Positions 39,928-50,181 of a stretch of DNA of 64,000 nt are shown in pieces (positions within the stretch are counted from its first letter, which is position 1; the number at the start of each line of letters is the position of its first letter). The translations under genes were made by a program, and so were the position numbers. The stretch is from Syntrophales bacterium (GTDB lineage: Bacteria; Desulfobacterota; Syntrophia; Syntrophales; UBA2210), in assembly GCA_963666365.2 (NCBI GenBank), contig CAXXNF010000002.1:1536001-1600000 (forward strand). Reading direction: 5' to 3'. The notes under the pieces were generated by a model. It saw nothing but the letters and a program-made list of their open reading frames with translations, did not search any database and was not told where the DNA came from.

Positions 39928-41271
39928 TTACTTACATCTGTCCAGATCGGCGGGAACCGACGGAGTACAGAATTTCGCCGGAATCACTGTCGGGTTGCCG
40001 TAGCTGGCGCCCTTGTCATGCCATTTGTTGGGGAATTCGAACTGGGTAACGAAGATATCCCTGATCGCCTGGTGGTCGCAGGCCCTCATCTTTAACTTGC
40101 CCACCAGACCGATATACTCATCGCCTTCCCAGGTGGCGATAATTTTTTCGGGGTCCGTGGAACCCGCCCGTTCAACCACGTCAAAGAACCAATAGGCCGA
40201 ATCGATACAACGTCCGAATATGGTAACGGGCCAGAGGAACTCGTCCGTTTCGTAAGGGGCGCTCCAGTTTTTCTGCGAAGCATGCCAGGATTTAATCACT
40301 GCCTCGTTTTGCGGGGTTTCCACACTTACCATGTAATCGTTGCCGTTGAACATGATCGTACCGGTAGGCCCGCCGATCATCTCCATGAGCGGCCGATTGT
40401 CTATGTAAATGTTGGCGACGGGCAGCTTCAAGCCCATTTGTACGGCCTGCTTCACCAGATTGAATCCGTCCGGCGTCCAGTCTCCCGTGAAGATGACCTC
40501 GGCCCCGGCGCCCTGCACCTTGGTAATGTAGGGGGCAAAGTCCTTCAGAAAGAGCGGATGGAATGCCTCGCCGACCACTACTGCATCGGGATTGTATTTC
40601 TTCAAGGCGGCTTTGAAAATAGCCGCAAGCTCGTGTCCATAGGAATAATCCTGATTCAGGATGTAGAACTTCTTTTCCGGCCGTTTGGAATAGTAGTAGG
40701 CCATGGCAAGACCGAAGGTCTCTGTATTGAGACAGCTTCTGAAGGTATAGCGGTTGAAATTCTTGGCGTCCAGAAGCGCAACCGACAGAGACGTGGGAAT
40801 GTGGAACATGGTTTTATATTTTTTTGCAACACTGGCTATGACGGCACAGAGATGACTGGCCGAGGTCCCCACGAGCACGTTCACCTTGTCCTCAAGGCAG
40901 AGTTTTTCGGCTTCTTTCTTTGTAATCGCCGGTTTCGCCTGGGTATCGCCCTTGATAAGCTGAATCTTTTTCATCTTTCCGTCTACTTTTATGCCGCCCC
41001 GCTTGTTGAGATCGTGGACGACCCAGGAGTTCGTCAGCCAGTAATACTTCCCGTTGGCCGCTGCCGGTCCTGAAAAAGGCTCCATAAGGCCTATTTTAAA
41101 GGTATCCCCATCTGTGGGAAACACGGGATTTATCGGATCGAAATCGGACATGTCCGACAGTTTTGCTGCATCGAATGCCGGAATCGCGCCCGCCGAAGCA
41201 GGAAGGAACATCCCGCACATAAGAAACAATCCCAGACAAACAATCAGTGCCACCTCTTTGAAACGTCTCAT
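39928..41271 (-). CDS. ABC substrate-binding protein, paralogue of 38087-39430
   Basis: Long identical blocks shared with the neighbour, e.g. TDPEKIIATWEGDEYIGLVGKLKMRACDHQAIRD. Confidence 0.88.
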   Translation of the reverse strand: MRRFKEVALIVCLGLFLMCGMFLPASAGAIPAFDAAKLSDMSDFDPINPVFPTDGDTFKIGLMEPFSGPAAANGKYYWLTNSWVVHDLNKRGGIKVDGKMKKIQLIKGDTQAKPAITKKEAEKLCLEDKVNVLVGTSASHLCAVIASVAKKYKTMFHIPTSLSVALLDAKNFNRYTFRSCLNTETFGLAMAYYYSKRPEKKFYILNQDYSYGHELAAIFKAALKKYNPDAVVVGEAFHPLFLKDFAPYITKVQGAGAEVIFTGDWTPDGFNLVKQAVQMGLKLPVANIYIDNRPLMEMIGGPTGTIMFNGNDYMVSVETPQNEAVIKSWHASQKNWSAPYETDEFLWPVTIFGRCIDSAYWFFDVVERAGSTDPEKIIATWEGDEYIGLVGKLKMRACDHQAIRDIFVTQFEFPNKWHDKGASYGNPTVIPAKFCTPSVPADLDRCK

Positions 41272-41680
41272 ACAATACTCCTTTCTCAATACATTACGTA
41301 AGTTCGCGTTCAAAAACCTCCGACACTTCACAGACCGCCCTTCATCACAGACCCTCCGTGCCCTGCGATTCAAAAGACGTTTTCAGAGGAAGGTGAACGC
41401 ATTGGTAAGGCGCCTCGCCCTATGTACATCCTTATTTCACTCAGGTTGTATCATCCACACTACTAGAGATACTAACCGTCGGCATAAATACACAAGTCGA
41501 AGGAAAATGAAATATGTGATTTTTGACTGGTTACTATCTATGCAAAATAGATATTCACATAGGAACAGAGAGGCAAAAGAGGGGATTACGCTCCGGCCGA
41601 ACTTTAAATGTTTGACAGGGTAAAAGGGAAGCGGTAAGAAGGATGAAGTTTTTGTGGCATCGACCATTGAGGGAGAAGAA

Positions 41681-43099
41681 ATGACGAAAAACCGGACACT
41701 GAAAGCACAGATGGACGCCATCTTTCATCCCCGTTCCGTTGCCGTTGTCGGCGTGCCTCGTGAATTAAAAACGGGGAAGCTGTTCCTTATGGCCCTCCAG
41801 GATCAGAATTTCCCGGGTAAAATTTATCCGGTGAATCCTGCAGCCGATTATATCGATGCCCTCAAAGCATATCCCTCTGTTACCGCCATCCCCGGCCCGG
41901 TAGACCTCGCCATTATCCTGGTTCCCGAGCAAAAATGTCTTGAAGCGGTCACCGACTGTGCGTCAAAGGGCGTGAAAGGGGCCATTCTTTTCACTGCCGG
42001 CTACAAGGAAACGGGCACCGATGAGGGGAAACGACGTGAAAACGAGGTTCTCCGCATAGCGCGTTCCGCCGATATGCGATTGATAGGGCCGAATTGCATG
42101 GGGATATATGCCCCCAAGTCGGGATTGGCCTTTTTCCCCGGTCTCTCACGAAGGCCCGGTTCGGTGGGAATCGTCTCAAACAGCGGCTCTCTTGCCAACA
42201 TACTCTGCCGCATGGCCCCACAGCGCGGCCTCTATTTCAGTAAGGCGATAAGTCTTGGAAATGAATGCGATTTGTCGAGCATTGATTTTATTGACTACCT
42301 GGGAGGAGATCCCGATACGCACGTCATCGGCGCCTATCTTGAAGGCATCAGAGACGGGAACCTGTTCCTCAAAAAAATACGGGCCCTGTCGCACCGTAAG
42401 CCGGTGATCCTCTGGAAGGTGGGCCTCACTCCTGAAGGGGGAAGGGCCGCGGCATCCCATACCGGCGCCATGGCGGGATCGGCGGATCTCTGGAAAGCGG
42501 TGGTCAATCAGAGCGGCGCAATCCCGGTCACCGGATTTGAGGCATGGGTGGACACACTGATGGGGTGCGCACTTCTCCCACCCTTGCTGGGAGACCGCAT
42601 CGCCATTATCTCGGGACCGGGGGGATTGGCTGTGTCGGCGGCTGAAGCATGCGGCTTTGAAGGACTCAGACTGGCCGAGCTTTCAGAGGAAACAACCGCG
42701 GCCCTTGCACGCATTGTACCGCCGACAGGAACGAGTCTCCGCAATCCAGTAGACGTAGGATTAACGGCATCACTCGACATGGATATTTACATAGAATCAG
42801 CCCGCTCTGTTGCCGATGACAACGGCGTCGACGCCATAGTCGTGATCGGCATGGGTATGACCGATGAGTCAAACCGGCGCTATACGGAATCCCTGATCCA
42901 GATACAGCGCAGGTCAGGAAAACCCTTTCTTATGGTAAACATCCCCGGATTCGACCCTGACCTGGCCCGTGCGTTTCTTGAGGCGGGCGTTCCCTTTTTT
43001 GAATCGCCGGAAAGAGCGTTGGGAACCTATGCACGAATTCGCCGCTACCGGCAGCGCAGTGAAGGGTATCACGCATGGTATTCAAAAAAACGTTATTGA
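41681..43099 (+). CDS. Acyl-CoA synthetase (ADP-forming) alpha-type CoA-binding protein
   Basis: FHPRSVAVVG, YPVNP, IGPNCMG, AASHTGAMAG, LRNPVD. Confidence 0.88.
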   Translation: MTKNRTLKAQMDAIFHPRSVAVVGVPRELKTGKLFLMALQDQNFPGKIYPVNPAADYIDALKAYPSVTAIPGPVDLAIILVPEQKCLEAVTDCASKGVKGAILFTAGYKETGTDEGKRRENEVLRIARSADMRLIGPNCMGIYAPKSGLAFFPGLSRRPGSVGIVSNSGSLANILCRMAPQRGLYFSKAISLGNECDLSSIDFIDYLGGDPDTHVIGAYLEGIRDGNLFLKKIRALSHRKPVILWKVGLTPEGGRAAASHTGAMAGSADLWKAVVNQSGAIPVTGFEAWVDTLMGCALLPPLLGDRIAIISGPGGLAVSAAEACGFEGLRLAELSEETTAALARIVPPTGTSLRNPVDVGLTASLDMDIYIESARSVADDNGVDAIVVIGMGMTDESNRRYTESLIQIQRRSGKPFLMVNIPGFDPDLARAFLEAGVPFFESPERALGTYARIRRYRQRSEGYHAWYSKKRY

Positions 43100-43110
43100 A
43101 AGGATAAATC

Positions 43111-44031
43111 ATGAAAAAAGCCCTCTATTACGGAATACGCGACGTACGCGTCGAAGACGTTGAAGAGCCGAAGGCAGGTCGCGACGAGGTAAAGGTTAAA
43201 ATTAAGTATTGCGGCATCTGCGGATCCGACCTTCACGAATACCTTCACGGTCCCTTTCCGGCAAGTCCCTTCGGACATGAAGTATGCGGAGAGGTGGTAG
43301 AGGTGGGCGCAGACATAGAAGGTTTTAAGCCGGGAGATCATGTGGCGACCTTTGTAAGAGACGGGTACGCAGAATATCTCGTTGCACCGCGGGATCGCAT
43401 ACTGAAACTCCCTTCCGACATGGACTGGAAGCGCGCCGCCGTATTGGAACCGCTGGCCGGCGCCATCTATGCACTGGAACGGGGAAATGTGCAACCCGGC
43501 GATACAGTGTTTATCGCGGGCGCCGGACCGGTAGGGCTGTTGATATTGATCGCACTGAAAACGCTGGGAGTTGAAACTATCTACATCACCGATTTATCGG
43601 AAAAAAGAAGGACGCTGGCCGAAAGACTGGGCGCCACGGCTTCCTTCAGTCCGGCGGATACCAAAATACCGCCGAAGATCCGAGAACTGACGCATGGAAG
43701 AGGAGTCGACGTGACCATCGAAGCAGTGGGCATTGAAGCGACGCTCAAAGACTGCCTTGCGTCAACGCGCCACGGCGGAACCGTCATCGTGCAGGGAATC
43801 TTCACTGAACGGGCGCTTGTCCACATGCTTGGCTTTGTCACAAGAGAAATGACCATGATAGGCGCCAATTCCATCAATGCCGATCGATCCCTAGAATGGC
43901 TGACTACGAAAAACATCGCGCCTGAAGCGATCGTCACAAGTATTACGTCCCTCGATGCTATTGTAGAAGGTGGATTTGAAATGCTTGCCAATCACAAGGA
44001 TGAAGAAATCAAGATCCTGGTGGAACCATAA
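43111..44031 (+). CDS. Zn-dependent medium-chain alcohol dehydrogenase (butanediol/threonine DH-like)
   Basis: GICGSDLH, GHE, EPLA, GAGPVG. Confidence 0.88.
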   Translation: MKKALYYGIRDVRVEDVEEPKAGRDEVKVKIKYCGICGSDLHEYLHGPFPASPFGHEVCGEVVEVGADIEGFKPGDHVATFVRDGYAEYLVAPRDRILKLPSDMDWKRAAVLEPLAGAIYALERGNVQPGDTVFIAGAGPVGLLILIALKTLGVETIYITDLSEKRRTLAERLGATASFSPADTKIPPKIRELTHGRGVDVTIEAVGIEATLKDCLASTRHGGTVIVQGIFTERALVHMLGFVTREMTMIGANSINADRSLEWLTTKNIAPEAIVTSITSLDAIVEGGFEMLANHKDEEIKILVEP

Positions 44032-44049
44032 AAAGGCTAAACATAGGGG

Positions 44050-44112
44050 TCTGTTTGGTTCCTTTGGTCTGTTTGGTCTGTTTGGTCTGTTTAGTTCCTT
44101 TGGTCTGTTTGG
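44050..44112. repeat. Tandem repeat, 7 x 9 bp (TCTGTTTGG/TTCCTTTGG)
   Basis: Directly visible; no spacers. Confidence 0.9.
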
Positions 44113-44226
44113 TCGGTCTGATGGGAATGGGAAGAAGCAATCCTGTGCTTTTTATTATTGCCACATAAATGGGTTATATCGCTTTTTCATAAAAGGGCTT
44201 ACGCGAAATAGAAGGGAGCATGAAGG

Positions 44227-45828
44227 ATGGTCAATATTACCTGTTTGGGAGCCGCCGGCTCCGTGACCGGGTCCACTTATCTGATTGAAACCGAAGGGGG
44301 ACGGCAGATTCTCGTCGATTGCGGCCTTTTTCAGGGCGGCGCACAAATTGAGAGCAGAAACTGGAAGGACTGGGGATTTCATCCGGCGAAGATCGATGCG
44401 CTTCTTCTCACCCATGCCCATATTGACCACAGCGGTCGCATACCGAAGCTGGTCAAGGACGGATTCACCGGAAGGATTATCACTTCTCCTCCCACTGCGG
44501 AACTTTGCGGCATTATGCTTCTCGATTCGGCCCACGTGCAGGAGATGGACGCAGAATGGCAGACCAGAAAAAACGCCCGACAAGGGAAGGAGCGCATCAA
44601 TCCTCTGTATACGATGGAAGATGCGCAAGAAAGTCTGCGCTATCTAGCACCGATGGAACGCGACAGGATCTTTGAAGCAGGACAGGGGATAAAGGCCCGC
44701 TTCAGAAACGCGGGACACATACTCGGCTCTTCGATCATCGAACTGTGGATTGAAGACGGCGGCAAAGAAATTAAGGTCGTATTTTCCGGTGATCTTGGAA
44801 ACAAAAATCAGCTGATCGTAAAAGATCCCCATGAGGAATTCGACGCACAGTATGTCTTCATGGAATCAACCTACGGCAACAGACTGCATCGCTCCTTTGA
44901 AGACAGCAAGGAGGAATTGCTCGAGGCCGTGAAGTATTCCGTTTCCAAGGGGGAAAAGATCATTATTCCCGCCTTTGCCCTGGAGCGCACTCAGGAGATT
45001 CTCTACCTTCTCGGGGAATTTTCCAGGGATGGGAGGCTGCCGGAGATTCCCATTTATCTCGACAGTCCACTTGCCATAAAAGCAACGGAGATTTTCCGTA
45101 AAAACAAACGATATTATGATGAACATGCCCGGGCAATCGTCGAAGAAGGCTTCGACCCTTTCGCCATGCCGAATCTCCGCTACACGCCCACTACGGAAGA
45201 ATCCATCGCCATCAACAGGGAATCGGGTTCAGCCATCATTATCTCAGCAAGCGGCATGATGAATGCGGGAAGAATAAAGCATCACCTGAAACATAATGTA
45301 TGGCGGCCCGGCGCCAGCCTTGTGATTGTCGGCTACCAGGCTGAAGGAACCACGGGACGAAAAATAGTGGACGGCGCCACCCACGTGAAGATATTCAGGG
45401 AGGATGTCGCGGTAAAGGCAAAGGTATTTACCATCGGGGGGTTTTCCGCGCATGCCGATCAAAAAGGGCTTCTTGAATGGGTTTCCAATTTCACGCCGTC
45501 TAAATCCAAAGTCTTTCTTGTACACGGTGAAGCGGCGGCCTGTGAGACGCTCGCCGGAAAAATAAGAAAAGATCTGGGGCTCGATACCCATGTGCCCCGC
45601 TGGAGAGAACGTCTTTCACTCAAGGTCACTGCGGAAGCCGTCGTGACGGCCCCACCTGAAGAGGTCGTTGCCGTTCCGGAAGATCTAGTGCTGAAAGAAC
45701 TGGAACACATAGAGCGGGAGTTGGTTGCATTGCGTGCCAGGCTCTCCTCAGGCTCAAGGATCGGCACAGAAGCGAAAATCGAAAAACTGAGAGAAATCGA
45801 GGGTGACCTCCGGTCATTTTTTTCATAA
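44227..45828 (+). CDS. MBL-fold beta-CASP ribonuclease
   Basis: THAHIDHSG, AGHILGS, MESTYG, FSAHAD, VHGE. Confidence 0.92.
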   Translation: MVNITCLGAAGSVTGSTYLIETEGGRQILVDCGLFQGGAQIESRNWKDWGFHPAKIDALLLTHAHIDHSGRIPKLVKDGFTGRIITSPPTAELCGIMLLDSAHVQEMDAEWQTRKNARQGKERINPLYTMEDAQESLRYLAPMERDRIFEAGQGIKARFRNAGHILGSSIIELWIEDGGKEIKVVFSGDLGNKNQLIVKDPHEEFDAQYVFMESTYGNRLHRSFEDSKEELLEAVKYSVSKGEKIIIPAFALERTQEILYLLGEFSRDGRLPEIPIYLDSPLAIKATEIFRKNKRYYDEHARAIVEEGFDPFAMPNLRYTPTTEESIAINRESGSAIIISASGMMNAGRIKHHLKHNVWRPGASLVIVGYQAEGTTGRKIVDGATHVKIFREDVAVKAKVFTIGGFSAHADQKGLLEWVSNFTPSKSKVFLVHGEAAACETLAGKIRKDLGLDTHVPRWRERLSLKVTAEAVVTAPPEEVVAVPEDLVLKELEHIERELVALRARLSSGSRIGTEAKIEKLREIEGDLRSFFS

Positions 45829-46086
45829 CCATGAAAATAATAGGCCCTCTTTGCTTGACATTTGAGAAATTATTTTATATTGCTAACCCTGCATTGCAAT
45901 GATATCGAATATTTTGCCGGCGCTGTGGAAGCAGCGTGATGAGGGCGGTTCATGAGATCAATTGTAAGAACGTTTAATGTGCATATATGAGCATTCGCCA
46001 AGAGGAAAGGTCGTACCTTTCCTCTTTTTATTTTCGGGATGAAATGGCATGGAGTGTTATCACATAACAAAAGGGAGGTAGGTTTT

Positions 46087-46851
46087 ATGGATTTTGCTAA
46101 CATACTTTACGAAAAACAGGGAAATATCGCAAAGCTGACATTGAATCGTCCGCCGGCCAATTCGGTAAATCTCGCCACTCTTCAGGACATCGAAAAGGCT
46201 CTTGACGACGCGGAACAGAGCAGTGATGTCCGGGTGCTGATTATCACCGGCGCCGGGGAAAAAGGATTTTCCGCCGGATTCGATGTGAGCGATGCAGCCA
46301 ACGGTCATATTACAGGACCCAAGGGACAGGAAGTATGGACGAGGATCGACAGATTCCCCAAACCGGTCATTGCCGCGGTGAACGGGTACGCCTTCGGCGG
46401 CGGATGCGAACTGGCGATGGCATCGACATTCAGAGTTATGCAGGAAAATGCAAAGATAGGACTCACCGAGCTCAATCTGGGGATTATTCCCGGCTGGGGA
46501 GGAACACAAAGAATGCCGAGAATTCTGGGAAAATCAAAGGCCTTGGAAATGATTCTCTTCAGCAAGCGCATAAGCGCCCAGGAAGCGCTTGAAATCGGCC
46601 TCATTGACAGAGTCTCCAAAGAGGGCGAACTGATGAAAGACGTCATGGAAATGGCGGACTTCCTCGCGCAGAGGCCCCCCCTTGCCGTGAGGGCCGTAAT
46701 GAATGCCGTCGTGGCAGGTATGGAGAAGGGACTGGACGAAGGAACAAAGGTGGAGTGGCAGGGAACACAGACCGTGGCGGCATCCAAGGATGCCATCGAA
46801 GGCTTTACCGCATTCCTGGAGAAACGTGCCCCCAACTTCAAGGGCGAATAA
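46087..46851 (+). CDS. Enoyl-CoA hydratase (crotonase family)
   Basis: FSAGFD, AFGGGCELA, GLTELNLGIIPGWGGTQR; both catalytic Glu present. Confidence 0.92.
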   Translation: MDFANILYEKQGNIAKLTLNRPPANSVNLATLQDIEKALDDAEQSSDVRVLIITGAGEKGFSAGFDVSDAANGHITGPKGQEVWTRIDRFPKPVIAAVNGYAFGGGCELAMASTFRVMQENAKIGLTELNLGIIPGWGGTQRMPRILGKSKALEMILFSKRISAQEALEIGLIDRVSKEGELMKDVMEMADFLAQRPPLAVRAVMNAVVAGMEKGLDEGTKVEWQGTQTVAASKDAIEGFTAFLEKRAPNFKGE

Positions 46852-46878
46852 CTCACTTATAAAGAAGGAGAGGTTATC

Positions 46879-48030
46879 ATGAAATTAGAAGACGTGAAAA
46901 AAATTGCAATGATCGGCGCCGGCGACATGGGACACGGCATCGCAGCCTGCTGCCTCCTGGGAGGGTATACGGTGGTGCTTCGTGACATCGAACAAAAGTT
47001 TGTCGACCGCGGTATGGAAGGTATTAAAAAAAGCCTTGCAAAATTCAAGGAGAAGGGGAAAATCACCCCCGAGGCCCACGATGATGCATTGGCCCGCCTG
47101 ATCCCCATGGTGGACATCGAAGAGGCGGTAAAAGACGCCGATTTCATCATCGAAGCGGTGCCGGAAAAACTGGAACTGAAGAAGAGCGTATTTGCCGATC
47201 TGGACAAATATGCACCCAAGCACGCCATTCTCGCCTCCAACACCTCGAACATCAGTATTACGGATATTGCAAAGGCAACGGGACGTCCGGACAAGGTCAT
47301 AGGCTACCATTTTTTCAATCCCGCCATTCTGATGAAACTTGTTGAAGTCACCAGGGGCAACGAATCGTCCGATGAATCCATTCAGATCGGGTACGAAATT
47401 GCGAAGAAAATTGGTAAAGTGCCTGTTATCGTTCAGAAAGATTCGCCCGGATTCATCTACAACCGCGTCAATGAGCCCACATTGGCATTGCTGTCCGAAA
47501 TTCTCAAGGCCGGCCATCCCTCACCGGAGGAATTCGATGGCGCATTCAAGGCGTTCATGCCCATGGCCCCTTTCGAGCTCATGGACTACGTGGGCATCGA
47601 CATCGCCGTCCACGGCATGGAATACTTCGCAGAGGTCCTTTCACCCGACTACAAACCTTCCGATGCGTTCCTGGAATACCTGAAGACAGGCGATCTGGGG
47701 AAAAAGACCGGCAAGGGGTTCTATGACTGGTCCGAAGGAAGGCCGAAGATCGATACTTCCAAGGCAACCAAGGAATACGACCTGAACCATCTGGTTGCCC
47801 TCCAGGTGAATGAGGCCACCAAACTCATTGAGGAAGGCGTCTGTACCGATCCCAAGGAAATCGATCTCGCCATGGCAAACGGCGGCGGTTCTCCCTTCGG
47901 CCCCTTCGCGCTTGCCAAGGGAATCGGCTATGAGGTGCTGAACGCAAAGCTCAACGAAATTTATGACAAATTCAAGCTGGAAATCTTCAAACCCACGGCA
48001 CTCATGAAAGAGGGCAAGATTGACGTATAA
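46879..48030 (+). CDS. 3-hydroxyacyl-CoA dehydrogenase
   Basis: GAGDMG.GIA, IEAVPE, SNTS, HFFNP, PGFI.NR. Confidence 0.92.
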   Translation: MKLEDVKKIAMIGAGDMGHGIAACCLLGGYTVVLRDIEQKFVDRGMEGIKKSLAKFKEKGKITPEAHDDALARLIPMVDIEEAVKDADFIIEAVPEKLELKKSVFADLDKYAPKHAILASNTSNISITDIAKATGRPDKVIGYHFFNPAILMKLVEVTRGNESSDESIQIGYEIAKKIGKVPVIVQKDSPGFIYNRVNEPTLALLSEILKAGHPSPEEFDGAFKAFMPMAPFELMDYVGIDIAVHGMEYFAEVLSPDYKPSDAFLEYLKTGDLGKKTGKGFYDWSEGRPKIDTSKATKEYDLNHLVALQVNEATKLIEEGVCTDPKEIDLAMANGGGSPFGPFALAKGIGYEVLNAKLNEIYDKFKLEIFKPTALMKEGKIDV

Positions 48031-48102
48031 ACGGAAGCTTGGCTTGAAGACTAAAGAGTGAAGGTAAAATTCTCGTGCCGGTGCGCATGGGAAATATTCA
48101 AG

Positions 48103-48140
48103 AAGGCACGGTCGCCCTTTCGGGACCGTGCTTTCGTTTT
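48103..48140 (+). terminator. Intrinsic terminator between convergent genes
   Basis: AAGGCACGGTC...GACCGTGCTTT followed by a T-rich tail. Confidence 0.7.
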
Positions 48141-48141
48141 C

Positions 48142-48405
48142 CTACAACACAATCTTCACCGCCGAATGGCGGCTCAATTGTGAAAAAAGCGACTTCCTGT
48201 CATTATCGCTGAAAACGATCGTTTCCACATTCAGACAATGATACTTCCCCCTTCGGCTCCGCCTCGAAAGGGATACCTCGCAGGACCGCTCCTGAAATAT
48301 CTCGCGCAGTGCCGCATGGATTTCATCGGCATCGCCGCCGATCACTTTATAGACCCACCGACAGGGATACTCAATCTGTGGACCTTGTTTCGTTTCGTTC
48401 ATCAT
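48142..48405 (-). CDS. DUF493/YbeD-like protein
   Basis: IEYPCRW.YKVIG, SRRGKY, VKIVL. Confidence 0.8.
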   Translation of the reverse strand: MMNETKQGPQIEYPCRWVYKVIGGDADEIHAALREIFQERSCEVSLSRRSRRGKYHCLNVETIVFSDNDRKSLFSQLSRHSAVKIVL

Positions 48406-48466
48406 TAAAACTCCACGCTATTGCCCCCTGTTTCTCTGTCGCCTCAAAGGAGCGCGACACAGAGGA

Positions 48467-49471
48467 CTAACGGTCATGTTCATCCCGTATGGCACCGACC
48501 AGCTGCTCCATGATGTCTTCAAGGGTGATAAGTCCCACCGGATCCCCCTCCTCATCGAGAATCACGGCCTGATGAAGTCTTCTGGCCTGAAAACTTCTCA
48601 ACTGGGCGTCTATGGTCTTGTCGGCTTCAATAAAATAGGGAGGACGTATGAGCTTCTTTACGGAAACACCTCCGCCCCCACCGGCCGGGATAAGCTTCAG
48701 CATGTCTTTGGCATGCAAGAATCCGATAATATTATCTTTCACCCCACGACTGACGGGAAACCGGCTGTACCCTGTTTTCATGACAATATCGATAACCCTG
48801 TTGATGGGCGACTCCACGTCGATCACGGTCATGCTGTCGAAGGGCACCATAATCTCCCGCACCGGCATGTCGTTCAGCGCAAACACACGGCCCAGAAGGC
48901 TTCTCTCATCGGCGGTGATCGTCCCGTCGTCCCAGGCCATTTTGATACAGGTTCGGAGCTCCGCTTCCGTGAACAGCGGCCTCCTCACTTTTTTTACATC
49001 GATGCCGAGCAAAAACAGGATTTTCGTGCTTACAAAGGTAATGACGCCGATCACCGGTTTGAAGACGGCCATCGTTACGCTCATGGCGGGGGCTACAAAA
49101 AGCGACACCCCTTCGTTAAAGTATTTCGCATACACCTTGGGCGTGATCTCGGCAAAGATGAGAATCACCAACGTCATGATGACCGTCACATATATGATCC
49201 CCTTTTCTCCCCACAGCATAAGGGCAAGTGCCGTCGCGATGGCCGACATGGCGACATTTACGAGATTGTTCCCCAGAAGAATCGTCCCGATGAGCCGTTC
49301 CGGATTCTCAAGAATTCTTTCTACCATGGCCACCCGCCGCGGCGTCACTTCGGAAAGCCGGTGGAGCCTCAGCCTGCTTATCGCCATCAGTGCCGTTTCC
49401 GATCCGGAAAAAAACGCCGAGAGACCAAGCAACACAATGAGAACCATTACCATAACAAGATTGTGAAGCAT
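48467..49471 (-). CDS. CNNM/DUF21 plus CBS-pair membrane protein
   Basis: SAFFSGSETAL, ILLGNNLVN, FAEITPK, YSRFPV, ITLEDI.EQLVG. Confidence 0.9.
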   Translation of the reverse strand: MLHNLVMVMVLIVLLGLSAFFSGSETALMAISRLRLHRLSEVTPRRVAMVERILENPERLIGTILLGNNLVNVAMSAIATALALMLWGEKGIIYVTVIMTLVILIFAEITPKVYAKYFNEGVSLFVAPAMSVTMAVFKPVIGVITFVSTKILFLLGIDVKKVRRPLFTEAELRTCIKMAWDDGTITADERSLLGRVFALNDMPVREIMVPFDSMTVIDVESPINRVIDIVMKTGYSRFPVSRGVKDNIIGFLHAKDMLKLIPAGGGGGVSVKKLIRPPYFIEADKTIDAQLRSFQARRLHQAVILDEEGDPVGLITLEDIMEQLVGAIRDEHDR

Positions 49472-49488
49472 GAAAACCCTCTATTCTT

Positions 49489-50181
49489 TCATGTGATTTT
49501 TTCGTCTCGCCTTGCCGCCTCATGAACCCAGAACGGATGGCGTTTCAGGGCATAGTCGAGCCTGACGGCGCCCGTAAAAATTCCTCTCACCATGGGGCGA
49601 TTCGGCTTTATCACAAGAGCGGCTATGTGACCGATGAATGCAAAAATGAAGAACACGAAAAATATATTATGCAGCCAGGTCGCAGAGGACACGAGCCAAA
49701 GAGGCAACTGGGGATCGATCAGGTTCTTGTAGGTCTTCACCAGCCCGGAAGCGATAAGAACAGCAATGACAACGGCCATGCCCATGTAGGCCACACGCTG
49801 CTCGGGGAGATATTTATGAAACGGCGGTTCCTCCCCCTTACCGAAAAATGTTCCGATCACTTCAAGCGAGGCCTTCAGATCGCCCTTGCGGGGCAGCATC
49901 CCCCGCTCCCCTAGAATGAGGTGATAGACGACATGAAAACAGGATGCGGCAATGAATATAAAGGACGCAATGTAGTGTACTTTGAGGGAAACAAAAAAAT
50001 CGCCGGACCACATCAGCCCCGGCAGTTCCGTTATATAATAGCGCTTTGCAATGGGAAGCTGAAACAGCCCCGTGATAATCAAGAGAATTCCCGACAGCGC
50101 AATCGCCCAGTGTTCAATCAGCTCACCCGCGTGGTGACGTCGAATCAAGCCTTTATGATGTACTATTGAAGGCTTTCCCAT
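49489..50181 (-). CDS. Cytochrome b subunit (FdnI-like)
   Basis: Four TM helices with His ligands (EHW, VHY, LHN, GHI), KY..EQR. Confidence 0.85.
   Translation of the reverse strand: MGKPSIVHHKGLIRRHHAGELIEHWAIALSGILLIITGLFQLPIAKRYYITELPGLMWSGDFFVSLKVHYIASFIFIAASCFHVVYHLILGERGMLPRKGDLKASLEVIGTFFGKGEEPPFHKYLPEQRVAYMGMAVVIAVLIASGLVKTYKNLIDPQLPLWLVSSATWLHNIFFVFFIFAFIGHIAALVIKPNRPMVRGIFTGAVRLDYALKRHPFWVHEAARRDEKIT

Noticed and set aside
44050..44112. Possible CRISPR array
   Set aside because: Contiguous 9-bp units without spacers; no cas genes
45855..45881. TTGACA promoter upstream of the enoyl-CoA hydratase
   Set aside because: Best -10 (TATATT) is at 15-nt spacing; too ambiguous to call
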